Assembly (NCBI GenBank): GCA_030950545.1
Contig: JAUZRJ010000024.1
Location: 1-60,289, forward strand
Source: Aquificota bacterium
Lineage (GTDB): Bacteria; Aquificota; Aquificia; Aquificales; Aquificaceae
Direction: 5' to 3'
Length of the DNA stretch: 60,289 bases
Shown here: positions 8,732 through 19,251 of the stretch, piece by piece
Layout of the letters: every line of letters begins with the position of its first letter
How positions within the stretch are numbered: position 1 is the stretch's first letter
Made by a program: the position numbers and the translations under genes
The notes under the pieces: model-generated
Database searches by the model: none
Seen by the model: only the letters and a program-made list of their open reading frames with translations
What the model was told of the DNA's origin: nothing

Positions 8732-9723
8732 CCGCCGACCCTGAACATCTCCACCTTTTTAGTCCTGCGGGTTATAAGCTCCCACCTCATCTCCGAGTAC
8801 CTGTCCTCCCTTGACCCCCACACTCTCATCAGGAAGTCCGCTATCTCCTCATCGGTAGCCCCTCCCCTTATGAGCCCCTTCAGGTCAAAGCCTTCCGAGG
8901 CAAAAAGGCACGTGAACACCTTCCCGTCCGCGGAGATCCTCAGCCTGGAACAGTTACCGCAGAAGGGCATCGTTACAGACGCTATGATACCGACCGTAAG
9001 ATCAAGGTCCCTGTATCTGAAGTTAATGGAGGTCTCGCTCGGGTCCTCCCTTCCCACCTCCTCGAGGTCATATCTGGTCCTCAGAGCCCTGAGGATCTCC
9101 TCCGCTGGGAATACCTTATCGAGGGACCACCCGTTCAGGGTCCCCACGTCCATGAACTCTATGAACCTCAAAACGAGACCCCTCTCCCTGCAGAACTCCG
9201 CGATCTCAGGTATCTCATCCTCGTTGAACCCTCTGACGACCACCGTGTTGACCTTCACAGGTTCGAGCCCCACACTTCTGGCCTCTTCTATTCCCTCGAT
9301 CACTTTTCTGAGGCTCACGTCCCTCCCAGCCATATACCTGAACCTCTCCTCTCTGAGAGTGGGCAGGCTGACGGTAATACGTTTAAGGCCCGCCTTTTTC
9401 AGGCTTTCCGCCTTTTCCAGAAGGAGGTACCCGTTGGTGGTGAGGGCCACATCCTCCACACCTGTGTCCCTTAACATCCTTATGAGCTCCTCTATTCGGG
9501 ACCTGATCAGAGGTTCACCCCCAGTTATCCTCACCTTTCTGACACCAAGACCTCTGGCTATCCTTACTACCCTTGCTATCTCCTCGAAGGAAAGGATCTC
9601 GCGCCTCGGGAGGAACTCTATCTTCCTGTCCTTCGGCATGCAGAAGAAGCACCTGAAGTTGCATCTGTCCGTTACCGATATCCTGATGTCCTTCAGAGGC
9701 CTCCCGAGTCTGTCCTTCAGCAT
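8728..9723 (-). CDS. moaA: GTP 3',8-cyclase (radical SAM)
   Basis: CNFRCFFC, TGGEP, C-terminal CxxC..C and terminal GG. Start at ATG 9723 (MLKDRLGR). Confidence 0.95.
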   Translation of the reverse strand: MLKDRLGRPLKDIRISVTDRCNFRCFFCMPKDRKIEFLPRREILSFEEIARVVRIARGLGVRKVRITGGEPLIRSRIEELIRMLRDTGVEDVALTTNGYLLLEKAESLKKAGLKRITVSLPTLREERFRYMAGRDVSLRKVIEGIEEARSVGLEPVKVNTVVVRGFNEDEIPEIAEFCRERGLVLRFIEFMDVGTLNGWSLDKVFPAEEILRALRTRYDLEEVGREDPSETSINFRYRDLDLTVGIIASVTMPFCGNCSRLRISADGKVFTCLFASEGFDLKGLIRGGATDEEIADFLMRVWGSREDRYSEMRWELITRRTKKVEMFRVGG

Positions 9724-9724
9724 A

Positions 9725-10162
9725 TCAGGCTCCCAGGACCCACTCGCCCCTTCCCGATCTGAACACTTCCTTTTTCCATATGGGCACTCTTCTCTTCGTC
9801 TCGTCCACCGCATACCTGCAAGCTCTGAAGGTCTCCTCCCTGTGACCCCCGAACACGACCACCAGGAAGGAAGGCTCCCCTACGGGGACCACACCGATCC
9901 TGTGGTGTATGAAGACCTCTCTTACACCGAACTTCTCTATGGTCTCGTTCCTTATGATGTTCATGACCCTGACTGCCATCTCCGGGTAGGCCTCGTAATG
10001 GATCTCCTTCACGTCACCGTCTTCGGGAGCGCTCCTCGGTATACCCGTGAAGGTGACCACAGCACCGCAGGTTTCGGGAGGCCTGTAGGAGGAGAGTATC
10101 CTCTCAAGGCCGAACCACTCGTAGCCTATGTAGACCCGCGGGACCGAATATGTGACATTCAT
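9725..10162 (-). CDS. moaE: Molybdopterin synthase catalytic subunit
   Basis: [26 protein letters not shown]. Confidence 0.93.
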   Translation of the reverse strand: MNVTYSVPRVYIGYEWFGLERILSSYRPPETCGAVVTFTGIPRSAPEDGDVKEIHYEAYPEMAVRVMNIIRNETIEKFGVREVFIHHRIGVVPVGEPSFLVVVFGGHREETFRACRYAVDETKRRVPIWKKEVFRSGRGEWVLGA

Positions 10163-10244
10163 GTCATATAATTTATCTCCCTGGGCTCCTTTGACAACTT
10201 CGGGAGTTTTTTATATCTTTCAACTTAAAAAGGAGGGAGAACCC

Positions 10245-11348
10245 TTGGAAGGAACGGGTGTAGAGACAAAGGTCACGGAGGTAAGGCTCATAGACATAAT
10301 CCAGAGGGCTGTCCAGCTCGACGCCAGCGACATACACCTCGCATCGGGAGCGAAGCCCGCGGTCAGGGTGGACGGCAAGATCACCTTCCTGGAAGATTTC
10401 CCCGTTCTCACGCCCGAGATGACCCAGAGGCTTGCCTACTCGGTCATGTCAGAACGCCACAGGAAGACCCTGGAGGAGAGGGGTCAGGTGGACTTCTCCT
10501 TCGGGGTTAAGGACCTCGGGCGCTTCAGGGCGAACGTCTTTTACCAGAGGAGCTCCGTTGCGGCCGCCTTCAGAAGGCTCCCGTTCAGGATAAGGGAGGT
10601 TAAGGAGCTCGGTCTGAGCGAGAAGGTCCTTGAGCTCTGCCACAGGAAGATGGGTCTCGTTCTCGTCACGGGGCCCACCGGGTCTGGTAAGTCAACGACC
10701 CTTGCCGCGATGATAGACTACATAAACAGGAACTTTCCCTATCACATAATAACCATAGAGGACCCCATAGAGTACATATTCCAACACAAGAAGAGCATAG
10801 TGAACCAAAGGGAGATAGACCAGGACGTTTACTCCTTTGCGGACGCCCTGAGAGCCGCTTTGAGAGAGGACCCGGACGTTATCCTCGTGGGCGAGATGAG
10901 GGACAGGGAGACCATAGAGACAGCTCTGAGGGCAGCGGAGACCGGACATCTGGTCTTCGGAACCCTTCACACCAACACCGCCATATCCACCATAACCAGA
11001 ATAGTGGACATATTCCCTGCGGAACAGCAAGAACAGATAAGGGTCCAGCTTTCCTTCTCCCTTCAGGGGGTCATCTCCCAGAGACTGCTTCCTAAGGTTG
11101 GCGGTGGAAGGGTTCTGGCCTATGAGCTCCTCATACCGAACGCGGGTATAAGGAACCTGATAAGGGAGAACAAGCTCCAGCAGATATACTCCCTTATGCA
11201 GAGCGGTCAGCTGGAGAGCGGTATGCAGACCATGAACCAGAGCCTCTTCAGGCTCTACAAGGCGGGTCTTATAACGCTCGAAGAAGCCCTGAGAGCTTCT
11301 CCCGATGTAAAAGAACTGGAGAGGATGCTCGGCATAAAGAGGGTGTAA
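10245..11348 (+). CDS. pilT: Type IV pilus retraction ATPase
   Basis: GPTGSGKS, TIEDPIE, TGHLVFGTLH, IRNLIRE. TTG start at 10245 after an AGGAGG SD. Confidence 0.93.
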   Translation: MEGTGVETKVTEVRLIDIIQRAVQLDASDIHLASGAKPAVRVDGKITFLEDFPVLTPEMTQRLAYSVMSERHRKTLEERGQVDFSFGVKDLGRFRANVFYQRSSVAAAFRRLPFRIREVKELGLSEKVLELCHRKMGLVLVTGPTGSGKSTTLAAMIDYINRNFPYHIITIEDPIEYIFQHKKSIVNQREIDQDVYSFADALRAALREDPDVILVGEMRDRETIETALRAAETGHLVFGTLHTNTAISTITRIVDIFPAEQQEQIRVQLSFSLQGVISQRLLPKVGGGRVLAYELLIPNAGIRNLIRENKLQQIYSLMQSGQLESGMQTMNQSLFRLYKAGLITLEEALRASPDVKELERMLGIKRV

Positions 11349-11351
11349 ATC

Positions 11352-12587
11352 ATGCCCAGGTATAAAGTAAGGGCTTACACGGAAGGGGGGGAGCTGATAG
11401 AAGACGTTATGGAAGCTCCCAGCGTAAACGACCTGGTCGAGAAGGTAAGGGAGAAGGGTTACCACTTCATAAACGCGGAGGAGATCTCGGAAGCCAAGGA
11501 AGTAAAGAGGGAAGCGGTCCCGAAAAAGGGAAGGCTGACCTTCCTGCAGAGGGTGGGGGACAGGGACCTCTCCCTGTTCTGCAGACAGCTGGGAGCTATG
11601 GTGAACGCGGGAGTCGGGATAATAGACGCCCTCGACATAGTCGCGGACCAGATGCCGAACAAAAAGCTCGCCCGGGCAACCGCGGAGGTCTCAAGAGATG
11701 TAAGCGAAGGTATGTCCCTGTCCTCAGCCATGACCAAGAGGAAGGACGTTTTTCCAGAGCTCGTGATAAACCTCGTTTCGGTCGGTGAGGAAACAGGTGA
11801 GCTCGACACAGCCCTCATGAGGGCGTCCGAGTACTACGAGAAGATCGCGATGATAAAGAGCAAGATAAAGAGCGCTTCCTTCTACCCTACCTTCGTCCTC
11901 GTCATAGCGACCGTAATAGTCACAGGTATCCTCTACTTCCTGGTCCCGACCTTTGCGGAGATATACGAAGGGTTCGGAGCTTCCCTTCCACTCCCCACCC
12001 AGGTCCTTATAAACATTTCGAACGCCCTCAGGGAGAACATCCTGTTTTTCGTACTGTTCGTTGTTGCCTTTGTTTTCGCCTTCAGGTATGCCTACACAAG
12101 GAGCTACGCCTTCAAAAAGAGTGTCCACAGGCTCATGCTCAGGTTACCCCTGTTCGGGGACCTCGTGGCTAAAAGCGCCATGGCCAAGTTCAGCAGGACG
12201 ATGGCAACCCTGTTCGCGAGCGGGGTGTCCATAGAAAGGGCCCTTGAGATAGCGGGTAAGGTAACGGGTAACGTGATCATAAGGGAGGCGGTTGACAAGG
12301 TCCAGAAGGAGGTGACCGAGGGCCAGACCATGTGGAGCTCCATGGAGAAAACGGGACAGTTCCCCAAGCTGGTGGTCGCCATGGTGAAGGTGGGTGAGGA
12401 GACGGGAAGGCTGGATGAGATGCTGGACACCATAGCCAGGTTCTACGAGGACGAGGTGGACAGAACGGTTGAGGGTCTTATAACACTTATCGAGCCCATG
12501 CTCATAGTCATCCTAGGAATCATTGTGGGCGGTATCCTCATAGCCCTTTACTTGCCTATATTCAAGCTCGGAGAGCTCATCAAGTGA
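11352..12587 (+). CDS. pilC: Type IV pilus platform protein (T2SS F family)
   Basis: Two GEETG-L repeats with TM segments; EP motif; follows pilT. Confidence 0.92.
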   Translation: MPRYKVRAYTEGGELIEDVMEAPSVNDLVEKVREKGYHFINAEEISEAKEVKREAVPKKGRLTFLQRVGDRDLSLFCRQLGAMVNAGVGIIDALDIVADQMPNKKLARATAEVSRDVSEGMSLSSAMTKRKDVFPELVINLVSVGEETGELDTALMRASEYYEKIAMIKSKIKSASFYPTFVLVIATVIVTGILYFLVPTFAEIYEGFGASLPLPTQVLINISNALRENILFFVLFVVAFVFAFRYAYTRSYAFKKSVHRLMLRLPLFGDLVAKSAMAKFSRTMATLFASGVSIERALEIAGKVTGNVIIREAVDKVQKEVTEGQTMWSSMEKTGQFPKLVVAMVKVGEETGRLDEMLDTIARFYEDEVDRTVEGLITLIEPMLIVILGIIVGGILIALYLPIFKLGELIK

Positions 12588-13377
12588 TCCTAGAGTAGAT
12601 CCTGTCGATTATGCTCAGGACCTCGGAGTTCTTCCCGAGAAGGTGGGAGACCTTTGCCACGGCTTTCCTGTACAGCCTCTCAGCCTCTTCCCTCGATCCC
12701 CTCTCTCCGAAGACCTCGTACACGCCGTCCCTGTCGAGTATGTCGTCGGTGACCTGAAACAGGAGTCCTGTGAGTCTTCCCGCCTCCTCGAGATCACCCA
12801 GCAGGTCATCTCTCCCGGACAGTATACCTCCGCAAAGGAAGCAGGCCTCGAACAGGGCTCCGGTCTTCTTCATGTCTACCTCTACAGGGTCGCTTTCACC
12901 CCTTACGTCCAAAACCTGACCTACCACCAGGCCCGAGGATCCAGCCTTTACAGCCAAGGTTCTCGCTATCCTCAAGAGTCTGTCCGCGGATAGGCTTCTG
13001 AAGTTGGATGGGTCGAGCAGAACCTCAAAGGCGTAGGTGAGGAGTGCGTCTCCCGCAAGGATGGCGACAGCTTCCCCGAACTTTCTGTGGCAGGTGGGGA
13101 GTCCCCTCCTGAAGTCATCGTCGTCCATGGCGGGAAGGTCGTCGTGTATGAGGGAGTAGTTGTGTACCATCTCTATGACACACCCAACCGTTATGGCGTC
13201 CTCCGGATCGCCTCCCAGGGAGTCCGTAACAGCTACCGTCAGAAGGGGCCTTATCCTCTTCCCTTCCTGAAAAAGGTAGTAGGACATGGCCTCAACAAGG
13301 ACCGCGGGTCCCTCCGCCCTGAACACCTCCCTCAGCCTTCTCTCTATCTTCTCTCTCCAGAGGCGGACCTTTTCCAT
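12580..13377 (-). CDS. ispA: Polyprenyl (farnesyl/geranylgeranyl) diphosphate synthase
   Basis: GKRIRP, LIHDDLPAMDDDDFRRG, FQVTDDILD. Confidence 0.9.
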   Translation of the reverse strand: MEKVRLWREKIERRLREVFRAEGPAVLVEAMSYYLFQEGKRIRPLLTVAVTDSLGGDPEDAITVGCVIEMVHNYSLIHDDLPAMDDDDFRRGLPTCHRKFGEAVAILAGDALLTYAFEVLLDPSNFRSLSADRLLRIARTLAVKAGSSGLVVGQVLDVRGESDPVEVDMKKTGALFEACFLCGGILSGRDDLLGDLEEAGRLTGLLFQVTDDILDRDGVYEVFGERGSREEAERLYRKAVAKVSHLLGKNSEVLSIIDRIYSRIT

Positions 13378-13408
13378 GAACCCTTAAAATTATAACGGGG
13401 GTGCGATC

Positions 13409-14185
13409 TTGAAGGTGGGTGTCTTCGACTCCGGGGTCGGAGGGCTGACTGTCCTGAAGGCTATCAGGAACAGGTTTCCCAATATTGACCTGGTGTACCT
13501 CGGGGACACCGCAAGGGTCCCATACGGGAACAGGTCTCCGGAAACGGTCATCCGTTACAGCCTCGAGTGTGCGGGCTTCCTGATGGAAAGGGGCATAGAA
13601 GTTCTCGTGATCGCCTGCAACACCGCAAGCTCCTATGCCATAGAAGAACTTAAGAAGAAACTCCCCGTCCCAGTAGTCGGCGTGGTGGAGCCGGGCGTCA
13701 GGGAGGCGGTCAGGGTGAGCAGGGGCAGGGTCGGGGTCATAGGTACGAGAGCGACCGTCAGGAGCGGTTCCTACCAGAGGTTGCTTAAGGAGGCGGGTCT
13801 TGAGGTGATAGCCCGCGCCTGCCCTCTCTTTGTTCCCCTCGTTGAAGAGGGTGTGGTGGAGGGCGAGATAGCGGAGAAGGTGGTGAGGATGTATCTGGAG
13901 GACTTCCTCAGGATCGGTGTGGACACACTGATCTTAGGGTGCACCCATTACCCGTTGCTCAAAGGTGTTATATCAAGGGTTTTAAAGGGAGTTCACATAG
14001 TTGACTCCTCGGAGGCGGTGGCGAGGGACCTGGACGGTGTGGTTCTGGACGAGGGTGAAGGGACAACTGAGGTCTACTTTACCGACAGGTCCCAGGACCT
14101 TGAGAGGATAGTGGAGCTGATCACCGGGGAGAGGATACAGCCAGTCCTCGTGGGCGGAGGATCTCAACCAGACCCTCCCTTCTGA
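13409..14185 (+). CDS. murI: Glutamate racemase
   Basis: FDSGVGG, ACNTAS, LGCTHYP. Confidence 0.95.
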   Translation: MKVGVFDSGVGGLTVLKAIRNRFPNIDLVYLGDTARVPYGNRSPETVIRYSLECAGFLMERGIEVLVIACNTASSYAIEELKKKLPVPVVGVVEPGVREAVRVSRGRVGVIGTRATVRSGSYQRLLKEAGLEVIARACPLFVPLVEEGVVEGEIAEKVVRMYLEDFLRIGVDTLILGCTHYPLLKGVISRVLKGVHIVDSSEAVARDLDGVVLDEGEGTTEVYFTDRSQDLERIVELITGERIQPVLVGGGSQPDPPF

Positions 14186-15017
14186 GCTTCTCCAGGAGCT
14201 TCTTCCTTTCCTCCTGAAGCTTTCTCCTCAGTATCTCCTCCCTTATCTCCTCCTCGGTCCTTCCGGAGTATATCCTGTGCTCCTTCAGGATCTTTGCCAA
14301 GTACAGGTTTTCCTCGTCCTCCGCTATCGCCACGTGGCCGACCCCCGCCCTCCAGATCTCCCTGTCGAGGACCTCTACCAGATCCCCTCTCCTGACTCTT
14401 AACCTCTCGGGCTTTACACCGAGCCTCTCAGCCAGCCTGCTTATGTCCAGGCCCGCCTCGGAAACCGCCTTCAGGACGTGGTCCTTTCTCTCCTTGGGTA
14501 CAACCAGCAGGTCCACCTCCCTGACGTAGTCAACTTCCCCCTTCCTGAGTCTCTCCAGCTCTATCTCCAGCTCGGAGACCCTGATCCTGCCCTTCATAAA
14601 CTCCCTGAAGCCGAGAGTAGCGGTTATCTCGACCCTCAGAAAGCTCTTCAGGTCATCCGGGGTTAAACCCTCCTGGTATATCTCCTCGTAGAGCTGGTCG
14701 AGGGTTTTCCCGTTAGATCTGGCCACGTCCCTTATTACAGCCTCCAGATACCCTTCGGGTACGTTTACACCCTGACCTTTCAGGTACTGGGCTATGAGGT
14801 GGTTGTCTATAAGCCTCCTTAAAACCTCCTCCCTGTCCGGGTTGCCGTAGAAGATCTGGGCTACCCTTACCTCGCTCTCCAGAACGGGCTCGCCGTTCAC
14901 GTTGGCAACCACTCTGTCCACCATCTCCCCGAAGGCTGTACCGAGGAGCAGGAGTATCAGCGCAAGTTTTCCGTATAGACCTTTACCTCGTACCGTCTGA
15001 GGACCTCCCTGAACCAT
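14121..15017 (-). CDS. SurA N-terminal domain-like periplasmic chaperone (start uncertain)
   Basis: Hydrophobic signal then DRVVANVNGEPVLESEV (SurA N-terminus pattern). The first 71 aa of the track ORF overlap the upstream gene and are probably not translated. Confidence 0.7.
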   Translation of the reverse strand: MVQGGPQTVRGKGLYGKLALILLLLGTAFGEMVDRVVANVNGEPVLESEVRVAQIFYGNPDREEVLRRLIDNHLIAQYLKGQGVNVPEGYLEAVIRDVARSNGKTLDQLYEEIYQEGLTPDDLKSFLRVEITATLGFREFMKGRIRVSELEIELERLRKGEVDYVREVDLLVVPKERKDHVLKAVSEAGLDISRLAERLGVKPERLRVRRGDLVEVLDREIWRAGVGHVAIAEDEENLYLAKILKEHRIYSGRTEEEIREEILRRKLQEERKKLLEKLRREGLVEILRPRGLAVSSPR

Positions 15018-15781
15018 TCCCTGAACACCTCCTGTCTCTTTATGCGGAGGAGCTTCCTCCTCACAAGGTCCTTCACCTCTTCCAGGGGTAGTATACCCGC
15101 CTTCCGCCTGCCGGTTACCTTGAGTATTAGGTAGCCTGTGTCCAGCTTTATGGGTCTGGAAACCCTTCCCACCCTGTAAGGGTATATCCGCCTCCTGACC
15201 ACCTCCGGAAGGGCCTGTATGGAAAACCACCTTTCCCTGCCCACGATCACCCCTTCTGAAGGTTCGGGGACCTTACCTTCCCTTAGGATCCTGTAAACCT
15301 GAAGGGCTTTCTCCTTGTCCTCAGCGATCACCCTGAGAAGCTTCACCTGGTCTGGTCTGTAAAACTCCCTCCTGTTCAGCAGGTAGTACGCCCTTATCTC
15401 CCCTTCCGTGACCCCGACGCTTTCAAGGAGCAGGGAGCTTATCTCCTTGACTATGAGCTCCGTTCTGGCCAGGTTAAAGATCACGGGGTTCGCCTCCCTC
15501 CTTCCCGTCCTCCTCAGGAACTCCCTCACCTCCTCCTCTTCCACGTCTATGCCCATTTGATCAGCTATGTCCATCAGGATCAAGGACTTCACGTACTCAA
15601 ACAGGAACTCCCTCCTGTCCTCAAAGGTGGGTTTCCTGCCCGAAAAGTGGAGGATCTCCTCCCAGTAGGCGGAGAAGGCTTCGTTGAACTCTTCAAGGGT
15701 TATGACCCTGCCGTTTACCTCAGCGACCGCCTTCGGAAAGGATAGAGAGATGCCAAGAAGCAGTATCAAGAAGCAGACCAT
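14957..15781 (-). CDS. PpiC/SurA-like peptidyl-prolyl isomerase
   Basis: Signal peptide, VAEVNGRVIT, rotamase-like VSRPIKLDTGYLILKV. Confidence 0.75.
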   Translation of the reverse strand: MVCFLILLLGISLSFPKAVAEVNGRVITLEEFNEAFSAYWEEILHFSGRKPTFEDRREFLFEYVKSLILMDIADQMGIDVEEEEVREFLRRTGRREANPVIFNLARTELIVKEISSLLLESVGVTEGEIRAYYLLNRREFYRPDQVKLLRVIAEDKEKALQVYRILREGKVPEPSEGVIVGRERWFSIQALPEVVRRRIYPYRVGRVSRPIKLDTGYLILKVTGRRKAGILPLEEVKDLVRRKLLRIKRQEVFREWFREVLRRYEVKVYTENLR

Positions 15782-17313
15782 CCGCCTGTATTATACCTCA
15801 GCAGGATGAGGGGTATAAATCCCGCTACCCCGAGAACAGCACACCAGAAAAAGAGATCCTGAAAGGCCTGCGAGAGGGCGACCTTTCCCTGAAGGGTCCC
15901 GAAGGTGTAGTACGCCCTGATGAGGGCTTCCACCGTATCGTAGGCCTGTCCGAGGAACTCGGAGGCAAGAGATTCAACCTTTGCCCTCACCTCCCAGTAG
16001 TTCAGCCCCTGGAAGGAGGAGATACCCTCAAGGTGGTGAGATGTCCTGCCCTCTATAATATTCGTTGCTATGGCGGTCCCGAAGGACCCTCCCACGAACC
16101 TGATGTAGTCCAGGAGGCTTATTATGAGAACCGTCTTCTCCTCCAGCCCGCGGAGGGCTATCACCGTCACAGGTGCGAAGAAAAGACCCATACCGACACC
16201 TGTCACCGCAAGCGTGACCGAGGCGTCCCACTTCGGAGTGTAGAGGTCGAAGTGCCTCACGTAGAAAAGCAGTGACCCCATGTACAGGGCTATGGCGAGG
16301 ACCAGTGTCCCTCCCGCGCTCCACCTGTCGCTCATAACACCCGCCACAACGGTGGACAGGGCTATGGAAACCGCAAAAGGCAGGAGGAGAACCCCGGTGG
16401 TGAAGGTGCTGAGGTCTTTAAGATGCTCAAAGTAAAGAGGAAGGGCGTAGAAGAGAGCGTACATTGAAAAGCCCAGTACAACGAGGTAAACGAGGAAGGC
16501 GGAGAGGAAGTTCAGATGCTTGAACACACCAAGGTCAACGAGCCTGACCCCAGATCTGAGCTCCCAGAAAAGGTAAAGGGCGTAGCATGCCAGGGATATA
16601 ACCGTTAAGAAGGCTATGAAGTTGGAGGTAAACCACCCGTACTGCTGTCCTTTTGATAGAACCACCAGCGTCCCCACTGTCGCTGTGCCTATCAGGATGA
16701 AGGAAACGAAGTTAAAGGGTCCTGGTTTCCCGCGGGGCAGATCCCTCAGGAAAAACAGAGACCCGATAGTGAGAAGTATTCCCACAGGGACGTTTATGAA
16801 AAATATCCAGTTCCAGCCCATATGCTCGGTGATCCAGCCACCGAGAGAGGGTCCTATGGCGGGAGCGAAGGAGGCTCCGAGCCCGAATATACCCATCGCA
16901 AGCCCCTTCTGGTCCGGAGGGTAAACGGAGAAAAGGATAGCCTGAGCTGAGACTATAACGAGGGCCTCAGCTATCCCCTGAACAGACCTGAAGACTATCA
17001 TCTGGTAGAGCTCGGTGGACAAACCGCACAGGTAGCTCGATGAGGTGAAGAGAACTATTCCCAGTATGTACATGTTCCTGAGGCCTATGACCTTCTCGAA
17101 CCACTCGAGAAACGGGAGTACCACCGCTGCTGAGATCATGTAAGAGGTCACGACCCACTGGATTCCGTAAAGGTCTGTCTTCAGAGGCGCCATCATCTTG
17201 GGGAGGGATATGTCCACCACGGTTGTGTCGAGGATTGCCATGAAGGCCCCGACCATCACTATGAGGGTGTGTACAACTACCTCGGTCCGGGAGAGGCTGA
17301 CTGACTGACCCAT
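15766..17313 (-). CDS. DHA2 family MFS drug efflux permease (EmrB/QacA)
   Basis: FMAILDTTVV, GPSLGGWI, WIFFINVPVG; about 14 TM helices. Start at ATG 17313. Confidence 0.9.
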   Translation of the reverse strand: MGQSVSLSRTEVVVHTLIVMVGAFMAILDTTVVDISLPKMMAPLKTDLYGIQWVVTSYMISAAVVLPFLEWFEKVIGLRNMYILGIVLFTSSSYLCGLSTELYQMIVFRSVQGIAEALVIVSAQAILFSVYPPDQKGLAMGIFGLGASFAPAIGPSLGGWITEHMGWNWIFFINVPVGILLTIGSLFFLRDLPRGKPGPFNFVSFILIGTATVGTLVVLSKGQQYGWFTSNFIAFLTVISLACYALYLFWELRSGVRLVDLGVFKHLNFLSAFLVYLVVLGFSMYALFYALPLYFEHLKDLSTFTTGVLLLPFAVSIALSTVVAGVMSDRWSAGGTLVLAIALYMGSLLFYVRHFDLYTPKWDASVTLAVTGVGMGLFFAPVTVIALRGLEEKTVLIISLLDYIRFVGGSFGTAIATNIIEGRTSHHLEGISSFQGLNYWEVRAKVESLASEFLGQAYDTVEALIRAYYTFGTLQGKVALSQAFQDLFFWCAVLGVAGFIPLILLRYNTGGWSAS

Positions 17314-17323
17314 CAGTTTAATT

Positions 17324-18328
17324 TTAGCAGGAGGTGTAAAAAGGTCCCTCCCTTCTGACCTTCCCCTCAAGCTCGAGGTGGGTAAGTCTGGTCATGGCTT
17401 TATCCGGAGGCAGATCCAGAAACTCCGCCACCTCCTCAAAGGTCCTCGGGGTCTTGAGGAACTCCTCGAGCGGGTCACACCCCCGCCCACCGAATATGTC
17501 CTCCGGTACTGAAAAAGCCTTTCCCAGACCTTCCCTGACGAGCCCGGAGCAACCCTCCCACCTTTCCCCGCCCGGTCCTGTGTGGACGAACACCTCCCTG
17601 CGGTAGCGGTGGGCGTGCCTCGCGGTTATGAGACTTCCGCTCTTTCGTCCCGCTTCTGGAACTATCAGAAACTCGGAGAGACCGGCTATGATCCTGTTCC
17701 TGCGCGGGAAGGTGTGCTTTGACGGAGGCTCGTCTGGAGGGAACTCAGAAAGAAGCAGGCCTCCGGAACTCAGGATCCTGCCATACAGGTCCCCTTTTGC
17801 CCTCAGCAGGCCCGAACCCAGAACACAGACCGTATAGCCTCCCCTCTCAAGGGTCGCGGTGTGGACCCTCGCGTCAACCCCTCTCGCCCCTCCCGAGACT
17901 GTTCCGTATCCCGACCTGAGGGCTTCCGAGACCAGACCGTCCACCAGGGAAAGTGTATAGGAGGAGGGCCTCCTCGGACCCACTATCCCCACCAAGGGGA
18001 CCTTTCTCAGAGTGCCCGCCCAGAAAAGTACGGGCGGTGGGTCCGGAATAGACCTGAGCGGGTCGGGATACTCGGTGTCGGTCAGGGTTACGGCGCCTAT
18101 GCCCTCTTCCCGCATGATCCTCTCCAGGGCTTCTATCCTCGCCTCCCTCACACCTCTCCTCTCCTTTATAGCCCTCGCCCTCTCAGGACCAACCACACGG
18201 GAGATCAGGCCCTCTTCCGCCTCGAGAACCGCCACCGGGTCCCCGAACCTATCTATCAGAGCTTTCAGGGTTCTGGGACCTATACCCTTTATGGAGGAGA
18301 GAACTAACCAAGGTTTTATGTCCCCCAT
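17324..18328 (-). CDS. dprA: DNA processing protein A
   Basis: VSGGARGVD, FPRRNRIIAGLS, SGSLITA; C-terminal winged helix. Confidence 0.92.
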   Translation of the reverse strand: MGDIKPWLVLSSIKGIGPRTLKALIDRFGDPVAVLEAEEGLISRVVGPERARAIKERRGVREARIEALERIMREEGIGAVTLTDTEYPDPLRSIPDPPPVLFWAGTLRKVPLVGIVGPRRPSSYTLSLVDGLVSEALRSGYGTVSGGARGVDARVHTATLERGGYTVCVLGSGLLRAKGDLYGRILSSGGLLLSEFPPDEPPSKHTFPRRNRIIAGLSEFLIVPEAGRKSGSLITARHAHRYRREVFVHTGPGGERWEGCSGLVREGLGKAFSVPEDIFGGRGCDPLEEFLKTPRTFEEVAEFLDLPPDKAMTRLTHLELEGKVRREGPFYTSC

Positions 18329-18421
18329 ACTCTAATCTAAATCATAAGGTCAACCCTTGTTTTCATATTAGGTTTTCCTTATATTTTTATCACAACCCTC
18401 TTTTGAAGAGGAGGCAGGAGA

Positions 18422-18661
18422 ATGTACTATGTTGCCCAGGTGATAAAGGACGAATGCACCAAATACAACTGTAAGCAGTGTACCCTCTTCTGTCCCGAAC
18501 CGAACACCCTCATGTACACCGACGAAGGACACCACGCCTTCGTGGAAACCCAGAGGTGCAAGGGATGTGCCCTGTGTGTTTACGTCTGCTCAAACCTGCT
18601 CAAACGTGATTCCATAGAGATGGTCTATGCGGAGAACAGGGACGTTGCGGGGGTGAGGTAA
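18422..18661 (+). CDS. porE: Pyruvate:ferredoxin oxidoreductase epsilon subunit (ferredoxin-like)
   Basis: CKQCTLFCP and CKGCALCVYVC Fe-S motifs; first gene of a porEDABG-like order. Confidence 0.82.
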   Translation: MYYVAQVIKDECTKYNCKQCTLFCPEPNTLMYTDEGHHAFVETQRCKGCALCVYVCSNLLKRDSIEMVYAENRDVAGVR

Positions 18662-18662
18662 G

Positions 18663-19232
18663 ATGGCAGAGCTCGGACCTTCCGGCTACTCACCTTATCC
18701 TGTGGCGGTTTACGAAAACCTCCTCAATCCCCCCCCCGGAAAAGCGCTGATGTTTAACGAGATAGTGGACGAAGAGATCGCCATGAGGGAGGCGGCAAAG
18801 GCCATGCTAACCAGAGACAACCCCACCATATTCCCGGGACCTCAGGTCCTCTACGCCTGGAACGAAGAGGCCAGGGAAAAGGCAAGGCTGGTTAGGAAGA
18901 TGGCTGAGGTCCTGGGTGCCAAGATCATCCCCATGTACGACTACAGACCAAAGTACCCCAAGATAGACCCCGAGAGAGAGATAAACCCCAACCACCCCAA
19001 CCTCACGATCTGGCACAACAACATAAAGGCATGCATATTCATAGGCGTCCACTGCCACTACGCGAACGTTGCCCTCAAGATAATAAGGGCGGAGACGGAC
19101 TGCTTCACCATAGCCATGTGCGGTATGGCGGGCCACGAGGACGCCATGATCACGCTCAGGGATCAGCACACCGAGGAGATAGAGAAATTTATCAGGATAG
19201 CGGAGGAGGTAAAAAGGGAGCTCGGTAAGTAA
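18663..19232 (+). CDS. porD: Pyruvate:ferredoxin oxidoreductase delta subunit (five-subunit type)
   Basis: NPNHPN and GVHCHYAN motifs; lies between the ferredoxin-like and alpha subunits. Confidence 0.78.
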   Translation: MAELGPSGYSPYPVAVYENLLNPPPGKALMFNEIVDEEIAMREAAKAMLTRDNPTIFPGPQVLYAWNEEAREKARLVRKMAEVLGAKIIPMYDYRPKYPKIDPEREINPNHPNLTIWHNNIKACIFIGVHCHYANVALKIIRAETDCFTIAMCGMAGHEDAMITLRDQHTEEIEKFIRIAEEVKRELGK

Positions 19233-19251
19233 TCCTCAGGGAGGTGGCGTT

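Noticed and set aside
8870-10171. 433-aa plus-strand ORF opposite moaA/moaE
   Set aside because: Ser/Leu/Pro-rich antisense shadow with no motifs; the opposite strand carries clear conserved genes.
14121-14185. Convergent 3' overlaps of about 65 nt (murI/surA-like; also aroD/CPBP at 34249-34314)
   Set aside because: Consistent with stop-codon drift in a very compact genome; no evidence of special function.
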